Origin: Eledone cirrhosa
Taxonomy: Eukaryota
Direction of reading: 5' to 3'
Assembly (NCBI GenBank): GCA_964016885.1
Contig: OZ024752.1
Span: 8,122,001-8,186,000, forward strand
Length of the DNA stretch: 64,000 nt
The position numbers and the translations under genes were made by a program. Shown piece by piece: positions 12,429 through 25,418 of the stretch (position 1 is the stretch's first letter; each line of letters opens with the position of its first letter). The notes beneath the pieces are model-generated. The model was not told the origin of the DNA, did no database searches, and worked only from the letters and a program-made list of their open reading frames with translations.

Positions 12429-13165
12429 TTAACCAAACAGTTTTGTACCATAGAATGAGGTGTGGTTTCAGACAGTTTGGTATCAAAAAGATTAAACTAA
12501 GTGGACTGAATCAGTAGATTTAAGCAGAAATACCAACACCAGCATGTAAACCACTGATCAATTGGTTTAGAGTTTGACTCCCAATTGACTTCACACCAGC
12601 TGTGAATTTCTTCAAATCATTAACAAAAGTTATGTTGTGGCTTGCTTGTTATCCAGCTGTTGTTTCAACTTATAAATCCAATCAATACATACTATATTTT
12701 ATCATCAATCATTCAAGCAATATGAAGAGAATTTAAATAAGCAATGATCACCCCAAAACATTTCAAATAGAAAAAAGACAAATAATTAAAATTATCTCAT
12801 CTACCTTTGAAATTTACAAATAATCAGAACAAGATATTTGTATAAGTTGGTCAAACAAATTCTGTAAGCATGTTAAAATCGATATAAAAATCATGACAAT
12901 ACTTATAAATGGATGAACAGGCAAAACATAAGGTCCCAGTCAAAACAGAGTCCCAACAATACAGGATGTACAATATATATATACTTTGGGAGATTGTTAT
13001 TTGGCTGGTCTCCCATAAATAAAACATGTCCAAAAACAATGTCAGACCAATTTTTAAAGTCTCATTATTTTCTCATATGTTCATGTAAGAAATGTTACAA
13101 ATCTGACAGAAAACCCAATTATCTAAACTGACTAATCATCATTTAAGATGTATTTCCTTGTTAGT

Positions 13166-16100
13166 AATGGCTTGAGAGCTTGTCATAGACCAAGTTAGTA
13201 CTTCAATGGCTTGAGAGCTTGTCATAAACCAAGTTAATACTTCAATGGCTTGAGAGCTTGTCATAGACCAAGTTAGTACTTCAATGGCTTGAGAGCTTGT
13301 CATAAACCAAGTTAGTACTTCAATGGCTTGAGAGCTTGTCATAGACCAAGTTAGTACTTCAATGGCTTGAGAGCTTGTCATATACCAAGTTAGTACTTCA
13401 ATGGCTTGAGAGCTTGTCATAAACCAAGTTAGTACTTCAATGGCTTGAGAGCTTGTCATAAACCAAGTTAGTACTTCAATGGCTTGAGAGCTTGTCATAG
13501 ACCAAGTTAGTACTTCAATGGCTTGAGAGCTTGTCATATACCAAGTTAGTACTTCAATGGCTTGAGAGCTTGTCATATACCAAGTTAGTACTTCAATGGC
13601 TTGAGAGCTTGTCATATACCAAGTTAGTACTTCAATGGCTTGAGAGCTTGTCATAGACCAAGTTAGTACTTCAATGGCTTGAGAGCTTGTCATAGACCAA
13701 GTTAGTACTTCAATGGCTTGAGAGCTTGTCATAGACCAAGTTAGTACTTCAATGGTTTGAGAGCTTGTCATAGACCAAGTTAGTACTTCAATGGCTTGAG
13801 AGCTTGTCATAAACCAAGTTAGTACTTCAATGGCTTGAGAGCTTGTCATAAACCAAGTTAGTACTTCAATGGCTTGAGAGCTTGTCATAGACCAAGTTAG
13901 TACTTCAATGGCTTGAGAGCTTGTCATAGACCAAGTTAGTACTTCAATGGCTTGAGAGCTTGTCATAGACCAAGTTAGTACTTCAATGGCTTGAGAGCTT
14001 GTCATAAACCAAGTTAGTACTTCAATGGCTTGAGAGCTTGTCATAAACCAAGTTAGTACTTCAATGGCTTGAGAGCTTGTCATAAACCAAGTTAGTACTT
14101 CAATGGCTTGAGAGCTTGTCATAAACCAAGTTAGTACTTCAATGGCTTGAGAGCTTGTCATAGACCAAGTTAGTACTTCAATGGCTTGAGAGCTTGTCAT
14201 AAACCAAGTTAGTACTTCAATGGCTTGAGAGCTTGTCATAGACCAAGTTAGTACTTCAATGGCTTGAGAGCTTGTCATAGACCAAGTTAGTACTTCAATG
14301 GTTTGAGAGCTTGTCATAAACCAAGTTAGTACTTCAATGGCTTGAGAGCTTGTCATAAACCAAGTTAGTACTTCAATGGCTTGAGAGCTTGTCATATACC
14401 AAGTTAGTACTTCAATGGCTTGAGAGCTTGTCATAGACCAAGTTAGTACTTCAATGGCTTGAGAGCTTGTCATATACCAAGTTAGTACTTCAATGGCTTG
14501 AGAGCTTGTCATAAACCAAGTTAGTACTTCAATGGCTTGAGAGCTTGTCATAGACCAAGTTAGTACTTCAATGGCTTGAGAGCTTGTCATAGACCAAGTT
14601 AGTACTTCAATGGCTTGAGAGCTTGTCATATACCAAGTTAGTACTTCAATGGCTTGAGAGCTTGTCATAAACCAAGTTAGTACTTCAATGGCTTGAGAGC
14701 TTGTCATATACCAAGTTAGTACTTCAATGGCTTGAGAGCTTGTCATATACCAAGTTAGTACTTCAATGGCTTGAGAGCTTGTCATATACCAAGTTAGTAC
14801 TTCAATGGCTTGAGAGCTTGTCATAAACCAAGTTAGTACTTCAATGGCTTGAGAGCTTGTCATAGACCAAGTTAGTACTTCAATGGCTTGAGAGCTTGTC
14901 ATATACCAAGTTAGTACTTCAATGGCTTGAGAGCTTGTCATAAACCAAGTTAGTACTTCAATGGCTTGAGAGCTTGTCATAGACCAAGTTAGTACTTCAA
15001 TGGCTTGAGAGCTTGTCATAGACCAAGTTAGTACTTCAATGGCTTGAGAGCTTGTCATAGACCAAGTTAGTACCTCAATGGCTTGAGAGCTTGTCATAGA
15101 CCAAGTTAGTACTTCAATGGCTTGAGAGCTTGTCATAAACCAAGTTAGTACTTCAATGGCTTGAGAGCTTGTCATAAACCAAGTTAGTACTTCAATGGCT
15201 TGAGAGCTTGTCATAGACCAAGTTAGTACTTCAATGGCTTGAGAGCTTGTCATAGACCAAGTTAGTACTTCAATGGCTTGAGAGCTTGTCATAGACCAAG
15301 TTAGTACTTCAATGGATTGAGAGCTTGTCATAAACCAAGTTAGTACTTCAATAGCTTGAGAGCTTGTCATAAACCAAGTTAGTACTTCAATGGCTTGAGA
15401 GCTTGTCATAAACCAAGTTAGTACTTCAATGGCTTGAGAGCTTGTCATAGACCAAGTTAGTACTTCAATGGCTTGAGAGCTTGTCATAAACCAAGTTAGT
15501 ACTTCAATGGCTTGAGAGCTTGTCATAGACCAAGTTAGTACTTCAATGGCTTGAGAGCTTGTCATAGACCAAGTTAGTACTTCAATGGCTTGAGAGCTTT
15601 CATAGACCAAGTTAGTACTTCAATGGCTTGAGAGCTTGTCATAGACCAAGTTAGTACTTCAATGGCTTGAGAGCTTGTCATAAACCAAGTTAGTACTTCA
15701 ATGGCTTGAGAGCTTGTCATAAACCAAGTTAGTACTTCAATGGCTTGAGAGCTTGTCATATACCAAGTTAGTACTTCAATGGCTTGAGAGCTTGTCATAG
15801 ACCAAGTTAGTACTTCAATGGCTTGAGAGCTTGTCATATACCAAGTTAGTACTTCAATGGCTTGAGAGCTTGTCATAAACCAAGTTAGTACTTCAATGGC
15901 TTGAGAGCTTGTCATAGACCAAGTTAGTACTTCAATGGCTTGAGAGCTTGTCATAGACCAAGTTAGTACTTCAATGGCTTGAGAGCTTGTCATAAACCAA
16001 GTTAGTACATCAATGGCTTGAGAGCTTGTCATAAACCAAGCTAGTACTTCAATGGCTTGAGAGCTTGTCATAGACCAAGTTAGTACTTCAATGGCTTGAG

Positions 16101-17413
16101 AGCTTGTCATATACCAAGTTAGTACTTCAATGGCTTGAGAGCTTGTCATATACCAAGTTAGTACTTCAATGGCTTGAGAGCTTGTCATAAACCAAGTTAG
16201 TACTTCAATGGCTTGAGAGCTTGTCATAAACCAAGTTAGTACTTCAATGGCTTGAGAGCTTGTCATAAACCAAGTTAGTACTTCAATGGCTTGAGAGCTT
16301 GTCATAGACCAAGTTCGTACTTCAATGGCTTGAGAGCTTGTCATAGACCAAGTTAGTACTTCAATGGCTTGAGAGCTTGTCATAGACCAAGTTAGTACTT
16401 CAATGGCTTGAGAGCTTGTCATAGACCAAGTTAGTACTTCAATGGCTTGAGAGCTTGTCATAAACCAAGTTAGTACTTCAATGGCTTGAGAGCTTGTCAT
16501 AAACCAAGTTAGTACTTCAATGGCTTGAGAGCTTGTCATAGACCAAGTTAGTACTTCAATGGCTTGAGAGCTTGTCATAGACCAAGTTAGTACTTCAATG
16601 GCTTGAGAGCTTGTCATATACCAAGTTAGTACTTCAATGGCTTGAGAGCTTTCATAGACCAAGTTAGTACTTCAATGGCTTGAGAGCTTGTCATAAACCA
16701 AGTTAGTACTTCAATGGCTTGAGAGCTTGTCATAAACCAAGTTAGTACTTCAATGGCTTGAGAGCTTGTCATAGACCAAGTTAGTACTTCAATGGCTTGA
16801 GAGCTTGTCATAGACCAAGTTAGTACTTCAATGGCTTGAGAGCTTGTCATAGACCAAGTTAGTACTTCAATGGCTTGAGAGCTTGTCATAAACCAAGTTA
16901 GTACTTCAATGGCTTGAGAGCTTGTCATAAACCAAGTTAGTACTTCAATGGCTTGAGAGCTTGTCATAAACCAAGTTAGTACTTCAATGGCTTGAGAGCT
17001 TGTCATAAACCAAGTTAGTACTTCAATGGCTTGAGAGCTTGTCATAGACCAAGTTAGTACTTCAATGGCTTGAGAGCTTGTCATAGACCAAGTTAGTACT
17101 TCAATGGCTTGAGAGCTTGTCATAGACCAAGTTAGTACTTCAATGGCTTGAGAGCTTGTCATAAACCAAGTTAGTACTTCAATGGCTTGAGAGCTTGTCA
17201 TAGACCAAGTTAGTACTTCAATGGCTTGAGAGCTTGTCATAAACCAAGTTAGTACTTCAATGGCTTGAGAGCTTGTCATAAACCAAGTTAGTACTTCAAT
17301 GGCTTGAGAGCTTGTCATATACCAAGTTAGTACTTCAATGGCTTGAGAGCTTGTCATAGACCAAGTTAGTACTTCAATGGCTTGAGAGCTTGTCATAGAC
17401 CAAGTTAGTACTT
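13166..17413. repeat. 39-bp satellite, ~109 highly homogeneous copies
   Basis: Unit aatggcttgagagcttgtcata[g/a/t]accaagttagtacttc. Confidence 0.98.
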
Positions 17414-17539
17414 TAATCTGAGTCATTGAGATCGCAGATGAGCCAGGGACTGCATCATCATTTTATATAAGAACCTTTGTTAAGTTATGCTCCAAATATC
17501 AGATAAATAATGAAACATTTACATTACTAAATCTATCCA

Positions 17540-17648
17540 TGGCATGTGGCTTAGTGGTTAAAGAATTGGATTGACAATTGTGAGGTTGTGAGTTCGATTC
17601 CCAGATTGGATGATGTGTTATGTCCTTGAGCAAGACACTTTATTTCCC
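17540..17648 (+). mobile_element. tRNA-derived SINE 5' half
   Basis: tggcttagtggtt A box, gagttcgattcc B box, gtccttgagcaagacacttt. Confidence 0.75.
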
Positions 17649-19249
17649 GTGGCAGAAGCCAAAAGTTACAACTAATAGATAGTGTCAGCAATAGAAAGAC
17701 TAATGGAAACATTGTTTCCTTAGTCTGATTTGACAAGTTTCACTCCACTTGGTAAGTGAATTTAATCAATATATTTCTAAATCCTGTCAAATGAGGCCTG
17801 GGATCTTGTCAGTCAATAAACAGAAAAGAAATCCATCTAAATTCTTGATGCATTAGAGATATATTTTTTTTTTAAATAACCTAATTTTTCCTATTTGCAA
17901 ATTTCCTGAATCATAAAAAGAAAAATTTAGCCCAAATTAATACAAAAAGAAAACCTTGTTTGTATAAAGAATCAAAGTAATTAATATTCACAATATCATC
18001 ATCAGAAAATTTAACATTCACAGTTTAAGTGAATACATTACCAACTAATATTTTATTATTACATTCTAAATATCTTTTATACATCAACCAGAAGCTTTTA
18101 AAATAAAAATCCTATAAAATACATGAATTACTGTGTTTGATATAATGCATTAATTACAGCACTTAACCATAAAATGATTAACTAATAAATCATGTTAGCT
18201 TACCAGCAAACAATTTCAAAAATTTGTTAGCAAAAGTTCTATATTAGAAAACATATTTTAAAACTATAAAAACTTAAGATAAATGGATTTAGAATATAAG
18301 CTAAATAAAGAAAAATTTTAAAAGCTTTCTTGCATGTTTAAAATGATTATCAGTTAGTGTAAAATCTACATAAAGTATTAACTGATATCATCCGATGGTT
18401 AAAAGATAGTTCATTTTAAGAGTTATAAATATATATTTTCACATCACAGTAATAGTATAAAACTCTAATAGTAAACTCAACACATACTATAACTGTTTAG
18501 ATATAATAAATGGAAGCAAATTAACAGACAGCTTCTTGAGTTATTTATAGTTGTTACAGTTCACACCTACGTAGATTTAGTTGGCCTCCTATAGGATTGC
18601 ATCTCATAGCAAGTTTCTTGGGTGTTTTAACAATAGGGACCTCACTTCTATCATCTCACCTTTAAATCAGAGACAACATACATGATTTGAACTCAGGATA
18701 TTCACAATCAAAACAGATACAGTATCCTGTTCATTGCATTAACATTTATTTTAATCTACCAACCAGGACTAATACTTCATTTATCAACCATAAAATGAGG
18801 AAAGACAAAGTTGACTTCAGCGGGATTTTAAAGAGCAGAAATCTGAAACCAATACCACAAGACATTTAAAATAACATACTAATGACTGCCAATTCACTGG
18901 TTTCTTGAATTACAATACCTACAATAGAATCTGATTGAGGTCCCTTTCAGAAGACAAGATACTAGCAGATACTATAACTTGAGTTACAATACCTACAATG
19001 GAATCTGATCACAGCTGACATGGGCTGGACAAGGAAGGTGAAATGGGATAAGTGAATCAGGAATGATGGTAAATTGGGAGGATAGGAGGGGGCAGACACT
19101 TTGTCATTCTCTGTTGGCATGGATTAGACAAGGTAAGTGGAGGTGAAAAATATGAATGGAGTCAGGTTTGTCTTTCCATGGGTTAGATGAAGCTAGTCAG
19201 AATCAGTAGTGTGAATAGGAGGGGAGACTAGGTAGTGATATATGTAATA

Positions 19250-19537
19250 CAGTCGAACCTCTCATCACAAACAAATTGGTTCAAGTGGAACAATTTTTTT
19301 GAACATAAAATGTCTCGAGTGATGAACGGTGTCTTGAATAATGAACATGTGAACCGGCAACAATGGTTGGCAACAAGCTGAGAGTATCGGCGAGAAAGTG
19401 TCACTTGTGTAGTTAGTTACAATGGTGATATCTGTCTCTCACTATATTTCTCTCTCAACATTTCGTATGGGGAAAATAGTTTTGGTTTATAAACAGCTTT
19501 CAGGAACAAGTTAAATTTGTGAACCGAGGTTCCTCTG
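19250..19537. mobile_element. Tc1/mariner (Tigger-like) MITE
   Basis: TA-cagtcgaacctc ... gaggttcctctg-TA. Confidence 0.7.
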
Positions 19538-20894
19538 TATGTGTATAAAAGTAAGCAGGAACAAAGTCTGAAGATTGCATCACATCTACCTACTATATAT
19601 ATATACTGTTCATTTTGAAGTTTCTCTGGCTGTTGGTAGCTTATCAAAGCAGTAAAGAATGAATAAGTGATGTAGTAAACATAGACTATACAAAGAGAGA
19701 AATAAATCAGGTATGGGGTAGGTGGAAGAGGTGGGGCAAGGGTATAGGAAGTATTTACCACCTAACTTTCTAAACACTTAATAGCACTGAAAGCCATTTC
19801 CTGTATATCTGGCCTATCCTTGTTCTACCTATTATTATGACTACACAAGCCCCTCTCTCTTCTTTACGACATCCTTTCTTTTGGGTCCTGGCTATATTGT
19901 GAAATTTCATCTTGTTTTCTATTGTTTTGATAAGCCACCAATACCTGTGAAACTTTGAAACAATCATCATTACATTGAGACTATACACTATACACAAGTA
20001 TTTAATTCATGGTTAATGTTTATCACACAGACCCATAAAACAAACTTTTATAAGACTAGAAAACAAGCTTATGTGTATGTGCATACATTTATATGTATGA
20101 GTATCTAAATATAAACGTGCAAACACAGTCACACAAAAATACACACTCAGAGACATACATTCACACAAACACACATTGTAGCAAATGGAACGCCAGCCAG
20201 TTTTGCTATAGGTTTTTCACCATCTCCTTCCTTTCTTTTACACACATTGTGTGACAAACGGAAGTCGCTGAAATTTATATATACATGTGATTTTTTTCAG
20301 TTTCCATTTACTTAAGAAAGCATTGGTTGGTCTAAGTCCATAAGAGAGGAAGTTTGTTGATAACGGCTGACAGTGAGAAAGAACCTGAAAGCCACATGGA
20401 CACAATACAAATCTGTTAACCACACAGCTATGTCTGTACCATTGTGTGAAGATAAGTAAATATAATAAACAGTATATTAACCTACATGGCTATTTCAATG
20501 TCTAGCTCAGACAAATATTGCCAAAACAATACTCATAAAAAATAAACTTCAAAGACTAAACTTTATGGAATGGAATTCAACTCTGTTTATTGTTTACAAT
20601 AATAATAATAAATTTTATAAATCAGTTATCAAACCAATGTCTACACCATGTCTACCATAATATTTATTTGCAACTACAAAATACAATTTTTGCTTCCTTT
20701 AAAGTATTTAACTCTTTCATTACCATATTTCTGTTGTAAGTCAATGCCTACAAAAGTATGCAAGAATTTGGAGGTATTTATTAATATAAACTTCCCATTT
20801 AACATCCTGTACCACATGCAATAGCATTAGCAAGACATTCTAAGAAAGTACAAAACATGATGATTGCATCACATTAAGAAGATCGTTACTTTAA

Positions 20895-21087
20895 CCCTTT
20901 AGCATTTAAATCAGCCGTATCTGGCCAGAATTCTCTCACCTCTTTCTGTTCAAACTGGCTGTAACTAGCCACTCATACTAATGTTACGGTATTGTTCTCA
21001 AAATCTCATAGATTCGGTATAATGTGAGATAAAGCCTTTACCATGAAAATAAAATAGTGAATATAGAGTAATGTAAATGCTAAAGGG
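20895..21087. mobile_element. piggyBac-type MITE, complete copy
   Basis: TTAA on both sides, TIR CCCTTTAGCATTTA. Confidence 0.85.
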
Positions 21088-21944
21088 TTAATACTTTTAA
21101 TTAAAGTCTACTTTAATATCGCAAATTTCTCAATCTGTCCATCAGTAAAACAAAAATACATTTGAATTAACAAACCCATTATTGGGGCATTTTATGCCAA
21201 ATCATTACAGAATGTTATGAGTTAATCTGGTGTTTGGAATATAACTTAAAGGTTCTTACAAAATTATGGATGGTATATAGAAATACTTTAAATAAACAGC
21301 TTTGTATCAGAGAACCCGAGACAATTTCAGCAGATTGGTAATCAGAAAGGCTATGAGTATTTGAGTATTTAACTGAGAAATATCTTGGTAGGAATAAAAC
21401 ATTTTAGATACTTATTTGATCCAAATTAACATACTATTTTTACCAAACTTCTCACATTTCACTTTCCATATGTTTAACAAAAATTGGGGGGGGGGGGGGG
21501 GGAAATCCTCTCCTATCATGGCCTGCAGGCAACTGAATAACAATTTCATATTTTATTATCACTATATAACTTGCTTTTTTTTTTATATTTTCGTTGCACC
21601 AAAACTACATAAAACATACATTTTATAAACCAAGTCAGATGAAATGTATGAAAATTTGTGAAGCTAAGATAAGCAGAATTACATAAACTTGCAACCATTG
21701 AAATATTTTCTCTATTTGAAAATATTAACAATTAGAAATATACACTGAAAGAAAGCACCTTAACGAAAGAAAAACCTAACTATTTATAGATTATTTTCAG
21801 GAATTTACTACAAAAATGCGTTTTGCACCTATTTAACATATTCAACAGCAGCTGGTAGAACCCATACTTGGCTAACCTTTTGTTTAATATACAATGATTG
21901 GAAATAACACTTTAAAACATGTCATATTTTCATGTAATATCTGA

Positions 21945-22370
21945 TTAACCTGTTACCATTTACATTACTCTATATATACTATTGAATTTTCATGGTAAAA
22001 GCTTTACCTCATATAATTATCTCAATATAGAATCTATAAGATTTTCATATTTATTTTTTGAGAAAAATACCTTAACATGAGTATGAGCGGCCAGTTATGG
22101 CCAGTTTGAACAGAAAGAGATGAGAGAATTCTGGCCGGATATGGCCGGTTTAAATGTTTTATGTTTTTCCCTTTAGCATTTAAACTGCCTGTATCCAGTC
22201 AGAATTCTCTCACTTCTTTCAGTTCAAACCAGCTGCTCATACTTATGTTAAGGTATTGTTCTCAAAATAAATAATAACAAAATCTTGTAGATATTATGTT
22301 AGATAATTATGTAAAGTAAAGCCATTACTGTGAAAATACAATAGTATATATAGAGTAATAGCTAAAGGGT
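21945..22370. mobile_element. Two adjacent piggyBac-type MITE copies in inverted orientation
   Basis: 21945-22156 and 22169-22370 match the family on opposite strands. Confidence 0.75.
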
Positions 22371-22692
22371 TAATATCAATATAGATATAATTACATTAAC
22401 AATGTATATATAATTACACTAAACTATGTCTATCCTGGTTTTTAGAATATCTACATCATATCCTTACATATGAGGTAACTAAATAAGTTGGTAGCATGAA
22501 GGGCATCGGGATAGTTTTTGCTTACTTAATAATATTTAACCCCTTCATTGCCATATTTCTAATGAAAGACAATGCCAATTATTTTCAAACAATTTTGAAT
22601 ATAATCCTGAAGTTAGAGGAATCGGTTTTATTAGTAAAACACTAGCTGAAAACTAGTTGTCTAAATGTGATAGAAAGGCCTAAAACAATGAG

Positions 22693-23279
22693 ATGATAAC
22701 TTAGGTGGTGAAATACTACAGTTCCCCTATACTACATAATGATAACTTAGGTGGTGAAATACTAGTTCCCCTATACTACATAATGATAACTTAGGTGGTG
22801 AAATACTAGTTCCCCTATACTACATAATGATAACTTTGGTGGTGAAATACTAGTTCCCCTATACTACATAATGATAACTTTGGTGGTGAAATGCTACAGT
22901 TCCCCTATACTACATAATGATAACTTTGGTGGTGAAATGCTACAGTTCCCCTATACTACATAATGATAACTTTGGTGGTGAAATGCTACAGTTCCCCTAT
23001 ACTACATAATGATAACTTTGGTGGTGAAATGCTACAGTTCCCCTATACTACATAATGATAACTTTGGTGGTGAAATGCTACAGTTCCCCTATACTACATA
23101 ATGATAACTTTGGTGGTGAAATACTAGTTCCCCTATACTACATAATAACTTTGGTGGTGAAATACTGCAGTTCCCCTATACTACATAATGATAACTTTGG
23201 TGGTGAAATACTACAGTTCCCCTATACTACATAATGATAATTTTGGTGGTGAAATACTACAGTTCCCCTATACTACATA
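22693..23279. repeat. 44/46-bp minisatellite, ~13 copies
   Basis: Unit atgataactttggtggtgaaatactacagttcccctatactacata. Confidence 0.95.
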
Positions 23280-23588
23280 TTAACACATTATGAGCACTGC
23301 AATATCCATTTTGGAGTGAGCGAAATTAATGTGTGTGTGGGGGGGTCCCACATAAAAAGGTAAAAGTAGACAGGAAAGCCTGGGCTTTCCTGATGATTTC
23401 CTTAAAATGAAACAGTTCTAGTCCCGTAGAAGCCATTTCTATATTAAATTTGTTGTATACACTCTACTAATGTATTGAGTACCTTACTTACTGCAGTTAC
23501 CCCCGATTTAACCCGGGACTCATGTTCTAAGCATTACAATACAACTGGAGGAAACAATAGTACCACTGATGATGTCGCAGATGTGTGA

Positions 23589-23888
23589 GAAAAGAACGAC
23601 TTCACTTGTAGTGTTAAATAATTTGATTTAATTTTATAATATTAAGAGTTGGTAGATCTAGTAAGTTCTTTGTTAACTTCATTGGGAAGAATTTTAAAGA
23701 TTCCTGGTTAACTTTGTTGACAATCGCCACCGACGAATGAGAGAAAGTTCTCCAACAAAGTTAAGCAGGAATCTTTAAAATTCTTCCCACCGAAGTTAAC
23801 AAAGAACTTACTAGATCTACCAACTCATATTATAATATTATAAAATTAAATCAAATTATCTAACACTACAAGTGAAGTCATTCTTTTC
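23589..23888. repeat. Foldback with ~130-bp inverted arms and a ~32-nt spacer
   Basis: 23589-23719 is the reverse complement of 23752-23888 with several mismatches. Confidence 0.85.
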
Positions 23889-24404
23889 CTTTTTTTCAAA
23901 TATACCTAACTGTACCAAGGATCTCACACATTTTCTAATATATATATATATCATCATCACCATTTTACGTCCGTTCTTCCACGCTAGCATGGGTTAGACG
24001 GGTTGTCCTGTTGAGGGCAGTGTCTGTTCGGCTGACCTTGTCTTGCTCATACAGGAACTGATTTTGGCTTGATTTCTACAGCTGGATGCCCTTCCTAACC
24101 TAATATATATGGTGATAAAATGAAATTAACAATCTAGCTTCCAGTATCATATTTTAGAAGCGTCTATATTAAGATAGTGTATGTATGAAATAGTACAATA
24201 TATATATAGAGAGAGTGTGATAGAGTGATTAGATATTAAAGTTCAACTCATTTAACTGACCTTACAATTGTATATATCCCACCCCTATTATATATAATTT
24301 CATGCTTTAACATAATTTCTAACAGGTAGACTAGTAATGAAATAGTATCAGACTTTGACAACATTCTGCCACTTATTGTCTAAATAATTACCACAATCAG
24401 TTTA

Positions 24405-24625
24405 ACTCTTTAGCATTTAAACCAGCCATATCCGGCCAGAATTCTCTCACCTCTTTCTGTTCAAACTGGCCATAACCAGCCACTCATACTTATGTTAAGG
24501 TATTGTTCTCAAAATAAATAATATCAAAGTGTTATAGTTTCAATACTATGCGAGATAATTATGTGAGAAAAAGCCTTCATCATGAAAATACAATAGTAAA
24601 TATAGAGTAATGTAAATACTAAAGT
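24405..24625. mobile_element. piggyBac-type MITE
   Basis: Matches the 20895-21087 family. Confidence 0.75.
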
Positions 24626-25418
24626 ACCCATGTTAGAATAGGTTGAAGAGGCTGCTTTAAGATCTGACAAAACTGCCTCAATCAAGACCTTGTTTTAACT
24701 TTTTCCATAACCATACTATTTAGTTTGTAGTATTTTATCCATAGCAGCTATCAACTATTTTTATCTTATCCACAGCAGGTCACATCTCTACTGAATACAC
24801 AAACTATTTCTCACATCTACAAATGATTTCTCAAATCAATTGCAGTGTATCAAGTTCACATGACACATTTAAAGAACCTATATCACACATTCCCTTCTAG
24901 TTGTAATAGTTTCCATCCACCAGACGTTGCTGCGGCTCACACCTACGTAGATTTGGTTAGATTCCTGAGGTTGCATAGGAAGTTTCTCAGGTGCTTTTAT
25001 GACAGGGGTTGCAGGCCTACCATGAAAAGAGCTCTTGGAACCAAATGCCAGTTCATTGCTTGAAGGTTGACTGGAGCAATGTGAAATTAAATGTCTTGCT
25101 CAAGGACACAATATGCTAGCCAGGAATCAAACCTTTATGATCATGAGTCCAACACCCTAACCACTAGGGCACATGTTTTCCCATCCACTAGATACTGCAC
25201 AAATATTGACAGAATATGAAAGAATCATGCACAGACTTGTCTCCCAAACTTGCCAGAAAATGAAAACTAATTTATAAATGGGCTTCTTTTTTTAGAAAAA
25301 AAAAATTTAAATTTTGCTAAAAGGGTCTAACTTGAAGGACCAAAGATTAAGTATTTCTATTAATTCATCTGTTGTATATCATTTTTATCTTGTAAATCTA
25401 TATTTCATACCAACTTAA

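Larger units (their letters stand above)
11509..12497. mobile_element. TTAA-flanked MITE (second family) containing a nested SINE, MITE and RTE
   Basis: Starts ttaaccatttttgtaccatatttc and ends ggtatcaaaaagattaa; related pieces near 20708-21350 and 41700-41870. Confidence 0.55.

Noticed and set aside
5874-17413. CRISPR-like arrays
   Set aside because: Units are contiguous with no unique spacers, there are no cas genes, and the context is eukaryotic.
13139-17426. 823/362/266-aa ORFs as a real repetitive protein
   Set aside because: The unit length is divisible by 3 and stop-free by chance in one frame; there are two frameshifts, no unique flanking coding sequence and no splice signals.
23383-23435. 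Hammerhead candidate ctgatga-tttccttaaaat-gaaac..gtc
   Set aside because: Stem II is very weak and stem I does not pair next to the cleavage site; likely chance.
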